From Balanoglossus misakiensis (lineage: Eukaryota > Animalia > Hemichordata), in contig CM082584.2 in NCBI GenBank assembly GCA_040954595.2, positions 418,181 through 482,180 on the forward strand: 64,000 nt of DNA, in the 5' to 3' direction. Shown here piece by piece: positions 26,501-39,240 of this stretch (within the stretch, counting starts at the first letter, position 1; every line of letters begins with the position of its first letter). A program made the position numbers and the translations under genes. The notes below the pieces were generated by a model. The model worked only from the letters and a program-made list of their open reading frames with translations. It made no database searches and was not told where the DNA came from.

Positions 26501-29500
26501 CCCTCTTCGGTTTGCCCGACTTAGCCAACGTCTTTGTACTAATGTGTCGGGTCTTTTGCAGAGCCAGGCCGAAGGAAATCCGACTTGATCACCGTTGCTA
26601 ACGAACGCTAGTGTCTGTCATGGTGTGCCGGGGTTTTAGAAGAGCCAGGCCGTAGGAGATCTGACTTGATCATCGTGGTCAATGTACGCGTGTTTCCGCT
26701 CTAAAGTGCCGGGGCTTCAGCTAAACCATGCCGTAGGAAATCCGACGTAATCACCGTTGAGAACTTACGCCAGTCTGTGTCATATAGAGCCGGTGCACCA
26801 GCCGAATCACGCCGTAGGAAATCTGACTTGATCAACGTGGTCAATGTACGCCTGTTTCTGCTCTAGAGTGCCGGGGCTTCAGCTGATCCAGGCCGTAGGA
26901 AACCCGACGTGATTACCGTTGTTAACTTAGGCCAGTCTGTGTCCTATATATAGTGCGGGGCATCAGCCGTGCCAGGCCTAAGGAAATGTGAGTAGATCAA
27001 TGTGGTCTCTGTACGCGTGTTTCTGCTCTAGAATGCCAGGGCTTTAGCCAAGCCATGCCGTAGGAAATCTGACTTGATCAACGTTGCTAACGAACGCTAG
27101 TGTCTGTCATAGTGTGCCGGGGTTTTAGTCGAGCCAAGCCGTAGGAGATCTGACTTGATCATCGTGGTCAATGTACGCGTGTTTCCGCTCTAAAGTGCCG
27201 GGGCTTGAGCTAAACCAGGCCGTAGGAAATCCGACGTAATCACCGTTGATAACTTACGCCAGTCTGTGTCATATAGAGCCGGTGCACCAGCGGAGTCACG
27301 CCGTAGGACATCTGACTTGATCAACGTGGTCAAAGTACGCCTGTTTCTGTTCTAGAGTGCCGGGGCTTCAGCTGAGCCAGGCCGTAGGAAACCCGACGTG
27401 ATTACCGTTGTTAACTTACGCCAGTCTGTGTCCTATATATAGTGCCGGGGCATCAGCTGTGCCAGGCCGAAGGAAATGGGAGTAGATCAACGTGGTCTCT
27501 GTACGCGTGTTTCTGCTCTAGAGTGCCAGGGCTTTAGCCAAGCCATGCCGTAGGAAATCTGACTTGATCAACGTTGCTAACGAACGCTAGTGTCTGTCAT
27601 AGTGTGCCGGGGTTTTAGTCGAGCCAAGCCGTAGGAGATCAGACTTGATCAACGTGGTCTCTGTACGCGTGTTTCTGCTCTAGAGTGCCGGGGCTTTATC
27701 CCAGCCATGCCGTAGAAAATCTGACTTGATCACCGTTGCTAACGTGCGCTAGTGTCTGTCATATTGTGACGGAGATTTAGCCGAGCCAGGCCGTAGAAAA
27801 ATCGACTTGTTCAACGTTACCATTGTGCAACTGTTTCTGCTCTAGAGTGTCAGGGTTTTAGCCGACTTATGCTGTAGGAAATCTGAGTTGATGAATGGGA
27901 ATTCAATGTTAAAAAACCTGTGTGGAAAGTGTCTCTACCCTTTTGAAACTAAGAAAATAATTTATTCTTATTTATTTTGTAAAAATCACAATTTTTCGAA
28001 AAAAAGTCGAAAATGGTAATTTTGTCATGGGTGATTCAAATTATACCGCCTTTTCTGGAATTTGCAGCACTTTTTACAAGAGAACGACACTTCATGCTCC
28101 ATAATATTTCCGAAAATGAAGAAAAGAGTTAATTTTTTATGATTTTTTAAAAATTTACCATTTTTGTCAAAATATGGCCAAAATGGCTATTTTTTCTTGA
28201 ATTCCGTCAATATCTCTGCATTTTTGGAGTGGTCGAAAGTTTTAACATACAATCAACATGTCATATATGATCAGGGCACCAAATTCGAAGAACAAAGGTT
28301 TTTTTTATTTTTTTTTCTAAAAATGACATTTTCAAGGAAAATTTGGTAAAACGCAATTTTGTCTGCAGTGAGCCAAATTGGCCGTTTTTTGTGTGGAATT
28401 TGTATCGATATATGTATACGAAGAGCATTCTATACTCCATCAGATTTCCGAAAATGTAGAAAACAGGTATTTTTTGTAATTTTCAAAAATTTACCATTTT
28501 GACCGAATTGTGGCTAAAATTGTTATTTTCGTGTTGAATGCCGCCAGTGTCACTGCTTTTAAAAGTCATTAAAACTTTTAACATACAAGCAATTGTTTAT
28601 ATATGATCAGGTCACCGAATTTAAAGAATAAAGAATGTTTTCCCTAAAAATGACCTTTTTGGTGCAAAAACGAATAAAACGCAATTTTGTATTAAATCAG
28701 CTCATTCAGAGTGCATTTTTTAAAATCAGCACCATTTTTACATATAATGGAAATTTCATACATCATTAGATATCCAAATATGAAAAAATGATTTAGATTT
28801 TAGATGATTGTCCAAAAGTAGCTGATATCTAATAAATATAGTATTGAACCGTTCTGTTCCCCCCCCCCCCTACATTAAATGCGGTACGCCGATGTCAGCT
28901 TACCCGTCAGTACTGCAGGCCGTGCCCACAACTAACGTCGGTGTTTGAAACGCCCTGGTTAAATTCGGGCTTTCTCTATAAATTGACAGGCAATAATGTA
29001 GTCCTACCGGAACAAATGTCGAGTGTTGACCCGCTGTGACTTTCCCTCTTCGGTTTGCCCGACTTAGCCAACGTCTTTGTACTAGAGTGTCGGGTGTTTT
29101 GCAGAGCCAGGCCGAAGGAAATCCGACTTGATCACCGTTGCTAACGAACGCTAGTGTCTGTCATGGTGTGCCGGGGTTTTAGTCGAGCCAGGCCGTAGGA
29201 GATCTGACTGGATCATCGTGGTCAATGTACGCGTGTTTCCGCTCTAAAGTGCCGGGGCTTCAGCTAAACCAGGCCGTAGGAAATCCGACGTAATCACCGT
29301 TGATAACTTACGCCAGTCTGTGTCATATAGAGCCGGTGCACCAGCCGAGTCACGCCGTAGGAATCTAATTTGATCAACGTGGTCAATGTACGCCTGTTTC
29401 TGCTCTAGAGTGCCGGGGCTTCAGCTGAGCTAGGCCGTAGGAAACCCGACGTGATTACCGCTGTTAACTTACGCCAGTCTGTGTCCTATATATAGTGCGG

Positions 29501-32500
29501 GGCATCAGCCGTGCCAGGCCTAAGGAAATGTGAGTAGATCAATGTGGTCTCTGTACGCGTGTTTCTGCTCTAGAATGCCAGGGCTTTAGCCAAGCCATGC
29601 CGTAGAAAATCTGAATTGATCAACGTTGCTAACGAACGCTAGTGTCTGTCATAGTGTGCCGGGGTTTTAGTCGAGCCAAGCCGTAGGAGATCTGACTTGA
29701 TCATCGTGGTCAATGTACGCCTGTTTCTGCTCTAGAGAGCCGGGGCTTCAGCTGAGCCAGGCCGTAGGAAACCCGACGTGATTACCGTTGTTAACTTACG
29801 CCAGTTTGTGTCCTATATATAGTGCCGGGGCACCAGCGGAGTCACGCCGTAGGAAATGTGAGTAGATCAACGTGGTCTCTGTACGCGTGTTTCTGCTCTA
29901 GAGTGCCAGGGCTTTAGCCAAGCCATGCCGTAGAAAATCTGACTTGATCACCGTTGCTAACGAACGCTAGTGTCTGTCATAGTGTGCCGGGGTTTTAGTC
30001 AAACCAAGCCGTAGGAGATCAGACTTGATCAACGTGGTCTCTGTACGCGTGTTTCTGCTCTGGAGTGCCGGGGCTTTATCCAAGCCATGCCGTAGAAAAT
30101 CTGACTTGATCACCGTTGCTAACCTACGCTAGTGTCTGTCATATTGTGACGGAGATTTAGCCGAGCCAGGCCGTAGAAAAATCGACTTGTTCAACGTTAC
30201 CAGTGTGCAACTGTTTCTGTTCTAGAGTGTCAGGGTTTTAGCCGACTTGTAGGAAATCTGAGTTGATGAACGGGAATTCAATGTTAGAAATCCGTGTGGA
30301 AAGTATCTCTACCCGTTTGGAACTAAGAAAAGAATTTATTCTTATTTATTTTGTAAAAAAACAATATTTCGAAAAAAAGTCGAAAATGGTAATTTTGTCT
30401 TGGGTGATTCAAATTATACCGCCTTTTCTGGAATTTGCAGCACTTTTTACAAGAGAACGACACTTCATGCTCTATAATATTTCCGAAAATGAAGAAAAGA
30501 GTTAATTTTTTATGATTTTTTAAAAATTTACCATTTTTGTCAAAATATGGCCAAAATGGCTATTTTTTCTTGAATTCCGTCAATATCTCAGCATTTTTGG
30601 AGTGGTCGAAAGTTTTAACATACAATCAACATGTCATATATGATCAGGCACTAAATTCGAAGAACAAAGGTTTTTTATTTTTTTCTTCTAAAAATGACAT
30701 TTTCAAGGAAAATTTGGTAAAACGCAAATTATTGCCTGTCAATTTATAGAGAAAGCCCGAATTTAACCAGGCCCTGGCACTCTAGCGTACAGAGACCACG
30801 TTGATCAAGTCTGATCTCCTACGGCTTGGTTCGACTAAAACCCCGGCACACTATGACAGACACTAGCGTTCGTTAGCAACGGTGATCAAGTCAGATTTTC
30901 TACGGCATGGCTTGGCTAAAGCCCTGGCACTCTAGAGCAGAAACACGCGTACAGAGACCACGTTGATCTACTCACATTTCCTTCGGCCTGGCACGGCTGA
31001 TGCCCCGGCACTATATATAGGACACAAACTGGCGTAAGTTAACAACGGTAATCACGTCGGGTTTCCTACGGCCTGGCTCAGCTGAAGCCCCGGCTCTCTA
31101 GAGCAGAAACAGGCGTACATTGACCACGTTGATCAAGTCAGATTCCTACGGCGTGACTCCGCAGGTGCACCGGCTCTATATGACACAGACTGGCGTAAGT
31201 TATCAACGGTGATTACGTCGGATTTCCTACGGCCTGGTTTAGCTCAAGCCCCGGCACTTTAGAGCGGAAACACGCGTACATTGACCACGATGATCAAGTC
31301 AGATCTCCTACGGCTTGGCTCGACTAAAACCCCGGCACACTATGACAGACACTAGCGTTCGTTAGCAACGTTGATCAATTCAGATTTCCTACGGCATGGC
31401 TTGGCTAAAGCCCTGGCATTCTAGAGCAGAAACACGCGTACAGAGACCACATTGATCTACTCACATTTCCTTAGGCCTGGCACGGCTGTTGCCCCGCACT
31501 ATATATAGGACACAGACTGGCGTAAGTTAACAACGGTAATCACGTCGGGTTTCCTACGGCCTGGCTCAGCTGAAGCCCCGGCACTCTAGAGCAGAAACAG
31601 GCGTACATTGACCACGTTGATCAAATTAGATTCCTACGGCGTGACTCGGCTGGTGCACCGGCTCTATATGACACAGACTGGCGTAAGTTATCAACGGTGA
31701 TTACGTCGGATTTCCTATGGCCTGGTTTAGCTGAAGCCCCGGCACTTTAGAGCGGAAACACGCGTACATTGACCACGATGATCCAGTCAGATCTCCTACG
31801 GCCTGGCTCGACTAAAACCCCGGCACACCATGACAGACACTAGCGTTCGTTAGCAACGGTGATCAAGTCGGATTTCCTTCGGCCTGGCTCTGCAAAACAC
31901 CCGACACTCTAGTACAAAGACGTTGGCTAAGTCGGGCAAACCGAAGAGGGAAAGTCACAGCGGGTCAACACTCGACATTTGTAATGGTAGGACTACATTA
32001 TTGCCTGTCAATTTATAGAGAAAGCCCGAATTTAACCAGGGCGTTTCAAACACCGACGTTAGTTGTGGGCACGGCCTGCAGTACTGACGGGTAAGCTGAC
32101 ATCGGCGTACCGCATTTAATGTAGGGGGGGGGGGGAACAGAACGGTTCAATACTATATTTATTAGATATCAGCTACTTTTGGACAATCATCTAAAATCTA
32201 AATCATTTTTTCATATTTGGATATCTGATGATGTATGAAATTTCCATTATATGTAAAAATGGTGCTGATTTTAAAAAATGCACTCTGAATGAGCTGAATT
32301 AATACGAAATTGCGTTTTATTCGTTTTTGCACCAAAAAGGTCATTTTTAGGGAAAACATTCTTTATTCTTTAAATTCGGTGACCTGATCATATATAAACA
32401 ATTGCTTGTATGTTAAAAGTTTTAATGACTTTTAAAAGCAGTGACACTGGCGGCATTCAACACGAAAATAACAATTTTAGCCACAATTCGGTCAAAATGG

Positions 32501-35500
32501 TAAATTTTTGAAAATTACAAAAAATACCTGTTTTCTACATTTTCGGAAATCTGATGGAGTATAGAATGCTCTTCGTATACATATATCGATACAAATTCCA
32601 CAAAAAAACGGCCAATTTGGCTCACTGCAGACAAAATTGCGTTTTACCAAATTTTCCTTGAAAATGTCATTTTTAGAAAAAAAAATAAAAAAAACCTTTG
32701 TTCTTCGAATTTGGTGCCCTGATCATATATGACATGTTGATTGTATGTTAAAACTTTCGACCACTCCAAAAATGCAGAGATATTGACGGAATTCAAGAAA
32801 AAATAGCCATTTTGGCCATATTTTGACAAAAATGGTAAATTTTTAAAAAATCATAAAAAATTAACTCTTTTCTTCATTTTCGGAAATATTATGGAGCATG
32901 AAGTGTCGTTCTCTTGTAAAAAGTGCTGCAAATTCCAGAAAAGGCGGTATAATTTGAATCACCCATGACAAAATTACCATTTTCGACTTTTTTTCGAAAA
33001 ATTGTGATTTTTACAAAATAAATAAGAATAAATTATTTTCTTAGTTTCAAAAGGGTAGAGACACTTTCCACACAGGTTTTTTAACATTGAATTCCCATTC
33101 ATCAACTCAGATTTCCTACAGCATAAGTCGGCTAAAACCCTGACACTCTAGAGCAGAAACAGTTGCACACTGGTAACGTTGAACAAGTCGATTTTTCTAC
33201 GGCCTGGCTCGGCTAAATCTCCGTCACAATATGACAGACACTAGCGTTCGTTAGCAACGTTGATCAAGTCAGATTTCCTACGGCATGGCTTGGCTAAAGC
33301 CCTGGCACTCTAGAGCAGAAACACGCGTACAGAAACCACGTTGATCTACTCACATTTCCTTCGGCCTGGCTCAGCTGAAGCCCCGGCACTCTAGATCAGA
33401 AACAGGCGTACATTGACCACGTTGATCAAATTCGGTGACCTGATCATATATAAACAATTGCTTGTATGTTAAAAGTTTTAATGACTTTTAAAAGCAGTGA
33501 CACTGGCGGCATTCAACACGAAAATAACAATTTTAGCCACAATTCGGTCAAAATGGTAAATTTTTGAAAATTACAAAAAATACCTGTTTTCTACATTTTC
33601 GGAAATCTGATGGAGTATAGAATGCTCTTCGTATACATATATCGATACAAATTCCACAAAAAAACGGCCAATTTGGCTCACGGCAGACAAAATTGCGTTT
33701 TACCAAATTTTCCTTGAAAATGTCATTTTTAGAAAAAAAAATAAAAAAAACCTTTGTTCTTCGAATTTGGTGCCCTGATCATATATGACATGTTGATTGT
33801 ATGTTAAAACTTTCGACCACTCCAAAAATGCAGAGATATTGACGGAATTCAAGAAAAAATAGCCATTTTGGCCATATTTTGACAAAAATGGTAAATTTTT
33901 AAAAAATCATAAACAATTAACTCTTTTCTTCATTTTCGGAAATATTATGGAGCATGAAGTGTCGTTCTCTTGTAAAAAGTGCTGCAAATTCCAGAAAAGG
34001 CGGTATAATTTGAATCACCCATGACAAAATTACCATTTTCGACTTTTTTTCGAAAAATTGTGATTTTTACAAAATAAATAAGAATAAATTCTTTTCTTAG
34101 TTTCAAACGGGTAGAGATACTTTCCACACGGGTTTTTTAACATTGAATTCCCATTCATCAACTCAGATTTCCTACAGCACAAGTCGGCTAAAACCCTGAC
34201 ACTCTAGAGCAGAAACAGTTGCACAATGGTAACGTTGAACAAGTCGATTTTTCTACGGCCTGGCTCGGCTAAATCTCCGTCACAATATGACAGACACTAG
34301 CGCACGTTAGCAACGGTGATCAAGTCAGATTTTCTACGGCATGGCTGGGATAAAGCCCCGGCACTCTAGAGCAGAAACACGCGTACAGAGACCACGTTGA
34401 TCAAGTCTGATCTCCTACGGCTTGGCTCGACTAAAACCCCGGCACACTATGACAGACACTAGCGTTCGTTAGCAACGTTGATCAAGTCAGATTTCCTACG
34501 GCATGGCTTGGCTAAAGCCCTGGCACTCTAGAGCAGAAACACGCGTACAGAGACCACGTTGATCTACTCCCATTTCCTTCGGCCTGGCACAGCTGATGCC
34601 CCGGCACTATATATAGGACACAGACTGGCGTAAGTTAACAACGGTAATCACGTCGGGTTTCCTACGGCCTGGCTCAGCTGAAGCCCCGGCACTCTAGAAC
34701 AGAAACAGGCGTACATTGACCACGTTGATCAAGTCAGATGTCCTACGGCGTGACTCCGCTGGTGCACCGGCTCTATATGACACAGACTGGCGTAAGTTAT
34801 CAACGGTGATTACGTCGGATTTCCTACGGCCTGGTTTAGCTCAAGCCCCGGCACTTTAGAGCGGAAACACGCGTACATTGACCACGATGATCAAGTCAGA
34901 TCTCCTACGGCTTGGCTCGACTAAAACCCCGGCACACTATGACAGACACTAGCGTTCGTTAGCAACGTTGATCAAGTCAGATTTCCTACGGCATGGCTTG
35001 GCTAAAGCCCTGGCATTCTAGAGCAGAAACACGCGTACAGAGACCACATTGATCTACTCACATTTCCTTAGGCCTGGCACGGCTGATGCCCCGCACTATA
35101 TATAGGACACAGACTGGCGTAAGTTAACAACGGTAATCACGTCGGGTTTCCTACGGCCTGGATCAGCTGAAGCCCCGGCACTCTAGAGCAGAAACAGGCG
35201 TACATTGACCACGTTGATCAAGTCAGATTTCCTACGGCGTGATTCGGCTGGTGCACCGGCTCTATATGACACAGACTGGCGTAAGTTATCAACGGTGATT
35301 ACGACGGATTTCCTACGGCATGGTTTAGCTGAAGCCCCGGCACTTTAGAGCGGAAACACGCGTACATTGACCACGATGATCAAGTCAGATCTCCTACGGC
35401 CTGGCTCGACTAAAACCCCGGCACACCATGACAGACACTAGCGTTCGTTAGCAACGGTGATCAAGTCGGATTTCCTTCGGCCTGGCTCTGCAAAAGACCC

Positions 35501-38500
35501 GACACATTAGTACAAAGACGTTGGCTAAGTCGGGCAAACCGAAGAGGGAAAGTCACAGCGGGTCAACACTCGACATTTGTTCGGGTAGGACTGCATTATT
35601 GCCTGTCAATTTATAGAGAAAGCCCGAATTTAACCAGGGCGTTTCAAACACCGACGTTATTTGGGGGCACGGCCTGCAGTACTGCCGGGTAAGCTGACAT
35701 CGGCGTACCGCATATAATGTAGGGGGGGGGGACAGAACGGTTCAATACTACATTTATTAGATATCAGCTAATTTTGGACAATCATCTAAAATCTAAATCA
35801 TTTTTTCATATTTGGATATCTGATGATGTATGAAATTTTCAATATATGTAAAAATGGTGCTGATTATAAAAAATGCACTCTGAATGAGCTGATTTAATAC
35901 AAAATTGCGTTTTATTCGTTTTTGCACCAAAAAGGTCATTTTTAGGCAAAACATTCTTTATTTTTTTAATTCGGTGGCCTGATCATATATAAGCAATTGC
36001 TTGCATGTTAAAAGTTTTTATGACTTTTAAAAGCAGTGACACTGGCGGCATTCAACACGAAAATAACAATTTTAACCACAATTTGGTCAAAATGGTAAAT
36101 TTTTGAAAATTACAAAAAATACCTGTTTTCTACATTTTCGGAAATCTGATGGAGTATAGAATGCTCTTCGTATATATATATCGATACAAATTCCACAAAA
36201 GACCGTCTAATTTGGCTCACTGCAGACAAAATTGCGTTTTACCAAATTTTCCTTGAAAATGTCATTTTTAGAAAAATAAAATAAAAAAACCTTCGTTCTT
36301 CGAATTTGGTGCCCTGATCATATATGACATGTTGATTGTATGTTAAAACTTTCGACCACTCCAAAAATGCAGAGATATTGACGGAATTCAAGAAAAAATA
36401 GCCATTTTGGCCATATTTTGACAAAATAGTACATTTTTAAAAAATCATAAACAATTAACTCTTTTCTTCATTTTCGGAAATATTATGGAGCATGAAGTGT
36501 CGTTCTCTTGTAAAAAGTGCTGCAAATTCCAGAAAAGGCGGTATAATTTCAATCACCCAAGACAAAATTGCAATTTTTCGACTTTTTTTCGAAAAATTGT
36601 CTTTTTTACAAAATAAATAAGAATAAATTCTTTTCTTAGTTTCAAACGGGTAGAGATACTTTCCACACGGGTTTTCTAACATTGAATTCCCGTTCATCAA
36701 CTCAGATTTCCTACAGCATAAGTCGGCTAAAACCCTGACACTCTAGAGCAGAAACAGTTGCACACTGGTAACGTTGAACAAGTCGATTTTTCTACGGCCT
36801 GGCTCGGCTAAATCTCCGTCACAATATGACAGACACTAGCGTACGTTAGCAACGGTGAGCAAGTCAGATTTTCTACGGCATGGGTTGGATAAAGCCCCGG
36901 CACTCTAGAGCAGAAACACGCGTACAGAGACCACGTTGATCAAGTCTGAACTCCTACGGCTTGGCTCGACTAAAACCCCGGCACACTATGACAGACACTA
37001 GCGTTCGTTAGCAACGTTGATCAAGTCAGATTTCCTACGGCATGGCTTGGCTAAAGCCCTGGCACTCTAGAGCAGAAACACGCGTACAGAGACCACGTTG
37101 ATCTACTCACATTTCCTTCGGCCTGGCACGGCTGATGCCCCGGCACTATATATAGGACACAAACTGGCGTAAGTTAAGAACGGTAATCACGTCGGGTTTC
37201 CTACGGCCTGGCTCAGCTGAAGCCCCGGCACTCTAGAGCAGAAACAGGCGTACATTGACCACGTTGATCAAGTCAGATTTCCTACGGCGTGACTCGGCTG
37301 GTGCACCGGCTCTATATGACACAGACTGGCGTAAGTTATCAACGGTGATTACGTCGGATTTCCTACGGCCTGGTTTAGCTGAAGCCCCGGCACTTTAGAG
37401 CGGAAACACGCGTACATTGACCACGATGATCAAGTCAGATCTCCTACGGCCTGGCTCGACTAAAACCCCGGCACACCATGACAGACACTAGCGTTCGTTA
37501 GCAACGGTGATCAAGTCGGATTTCCTTCGGCCTGGCTCTGCAAAAGACCCGACACTCTAGTACAAAGACGTTGGCTAAGTTGGGCAAACCGAAGAGAGAA
37601 AGTCGCAGCGGGTCAACACTCCACATTTGTTCCGGTAGGACTGCATTATTGCCTGTCGATTTATAGAGAGAGCCCGAATTTAACCAGGGCGTTTCAAACA
37701 CCGACGTTTGTTGGGGGCACGGCCTACAGTACTGCCGGGTAAGCTGACATCGGCGTACCGCATATAATGTAGGGGGGGGGGACAGAACGGTTCAATACTA
37801 CATTTATTAGATATCAGCTAATTTTGGACAATCATCTAAAATCTAAATCATTTTTTCATATTTGGATATCTGATGATGTATGAAATTTCCAATATATGTA
37901 AAAATGGTGCTGATTATAAAAAATGCACGCTGAATGAGCTGATTTAATACAAAATTGCGTTTTATTCGTTTTTGCACCAAAAAGGTCATTTTTAGGCAAA
38001 ACATTCTTTATTTTTTTAATTCGGTGGCCTGATCATATATAAGCAATTGCTTGCATGTTAAAAGTTTTTATGACATTTAAAAGCAGTGACACTGGCGGCA
38101 TTCAACACGAAAATAACAATTTAACCACAATTTGGTCAAAATGGTAAATTTTTGAAAATTACAAAAAATACCTGTTTTCTACATTTTCGGAAATCTGATG
38201 GAGTATAGAATGCTCTTCGTATATATATATCGATACAAATTCCACAAAAGACCGTCTAATTTGGCTCACTGCAGACAAAATTGCGTTTTACCAAATTTTT
38301 CTTGAAAATGTCATTTTTAGAAAAATAAAATAAAAAAACCTTCGTTCTTCGAATTTGGTGCCCTGATCATATATGACATGTTGATTGTATGTTAAAACTT
38401 TCGACCACTCCAAAAATGCAGAGATATTGACGGAATTCAAGAAAAAATAGCCATTTTGGCCATATTTTGACAAAATGGTACATTTTTAAAAAAATCATAA

Positions 38501-39051
38501 AAAATAAACTCTTTTCTTCATTTTCGGAAATATTATGGAGCATGAAGTGTCGTTCTCTTGTAAAAAGTGCTGCAAATTCCAGAAAATGTGGTATAATTTG
38601 AATCACCCAAGACAAAATTACCATTTTCGACTTGTTTTCGAAAAATTGTCTTTTTTAAAAAATAAATAAGAATAAATTCTTTTCTTAGTTTCAAACGGGT
38701 AGAGATACTTTCCACACGGGTTTTCTAACATTGAATTCCCGTTCATCAACTCAGATTTCCTACAGCATAAGTCGGCTAAAACCCTGACACTCTAGAGCAG
38801 AAACAGTTGCACACTGATAACGTTGAACAAGTCGATTTTTCTACGGCCTGGCTCGGCTAAATCTCGTCACAATATGACAGACACTAGCGTACGTTAGCAA
38901 CGGTGATCAAGTCAGATTTTCAACGGCATGGGTTGGATAAAGCCCCGACACTCTAGAGCAGAAACACGCGTACAGAGACCACGTTGATCAAGTCTGATCT
39001 CCTACGGCTTGGCTCGACTAAAACCCCGGCACACTATGACAGACACTAGCG

Positions 39052-39072
39052 TTATTATTATTATTATTATTA
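39052..39072. repeat. (TTA)7 microsatellite = LINE 3' tail
   Basis: Seven perfect TTA units abut and overlap the left TSD by TT. Confidence 0.95.
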
Positions 39073-39240
39073 AGAATTGTTTAAAATGCGCTACACATAC
39101 GTCTCAGCGCATTGTGCACAGCTAAAACAGTAGATTAAAAAATACAAGGCTGGTAAAAATAGTTAAAAGGACACAATCGAACACGTTACACATAAAACCG
39201 AGTAAAAAGGTATGTTTTCAAATTACGCTTAAAAATATTG
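39054..39240 (-). mobile_element. 5'-truncated non-LTR retrotransposon 3' end (L2/CR1 group), 187 bp
   Basis: Flanked by TSD AGCGTT (39048-39053 and 39241-39246). On the minus strand it carries the ORF end NIFKRNLKTYLFTRFYV*, a T-rich 3' UTR, an 8-bp stem AATGCGCT/AGCGCATT (39085-39092/39106-39113) and a (TAA)7 tail. Confidence 0.88.
39186..39239 (-). pseudogene. C-terminal 17 codons of a LINE ORF2 (reverse transcriptase protein) remnant
   Basis: The translation NIFKRNLKTYLFTRFYV-stop matches the FKxxLKTxLF motif typical of the extreme C-terminus of L2/CR1-group ORF2. Confidence 0.75.

Larger units (their letters stand above)
1..30727 (+). repeat. Composite ~2.05-kb satellite array, forward orientation (~15 monomers)
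   Basis: The anchor GAGCCAAATT recurs at 1, 2047, 4422, 5970, 8049, 10093, 12144, 14199, 15748, 17805, 19853, 21901, 23950, 25834 and 28370. Modal spacing is 2044-2057 bp, with variants of 1548, 1549, 1884, 2079, 2375 and 2536 bp. Copies are near-identical by eye. Confidence 0.98.

Noticed and set aside
2047-30727. A strict multi-monomer higher-order repeat (~26-kb period from shared variants at 2.5-4.5 kb and 27.9-29.6 kb)
   Set aside because: The shared variants appear in shuffled, chimeric order rather than as a colinear block. The window is too short to establish a regular period.
30816-30830. CCTACGGC resembles the 5' end of 5S rRNA; a ~2-kb tandem unit could be a 5S/snRNA/SL gene array
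   Set aside because: The similarity stops after ~8-9 nt. I recognised no box A/C, tRNA cloverleaf or snRNA sequence in the monomer.
35815-35850. Hammerhead-like CTGATGA...GAAA (CTGATGATGTATGAAA) once per monomer, as in ribozyme-bearing satellites/retrozymes
   Set aside because: Only 5 nt (TGTAT) lie between the boxes with no stem II, and I could not build a stem I closing a UH cleavage site. An Infernal/RNAMotif search would settle it.
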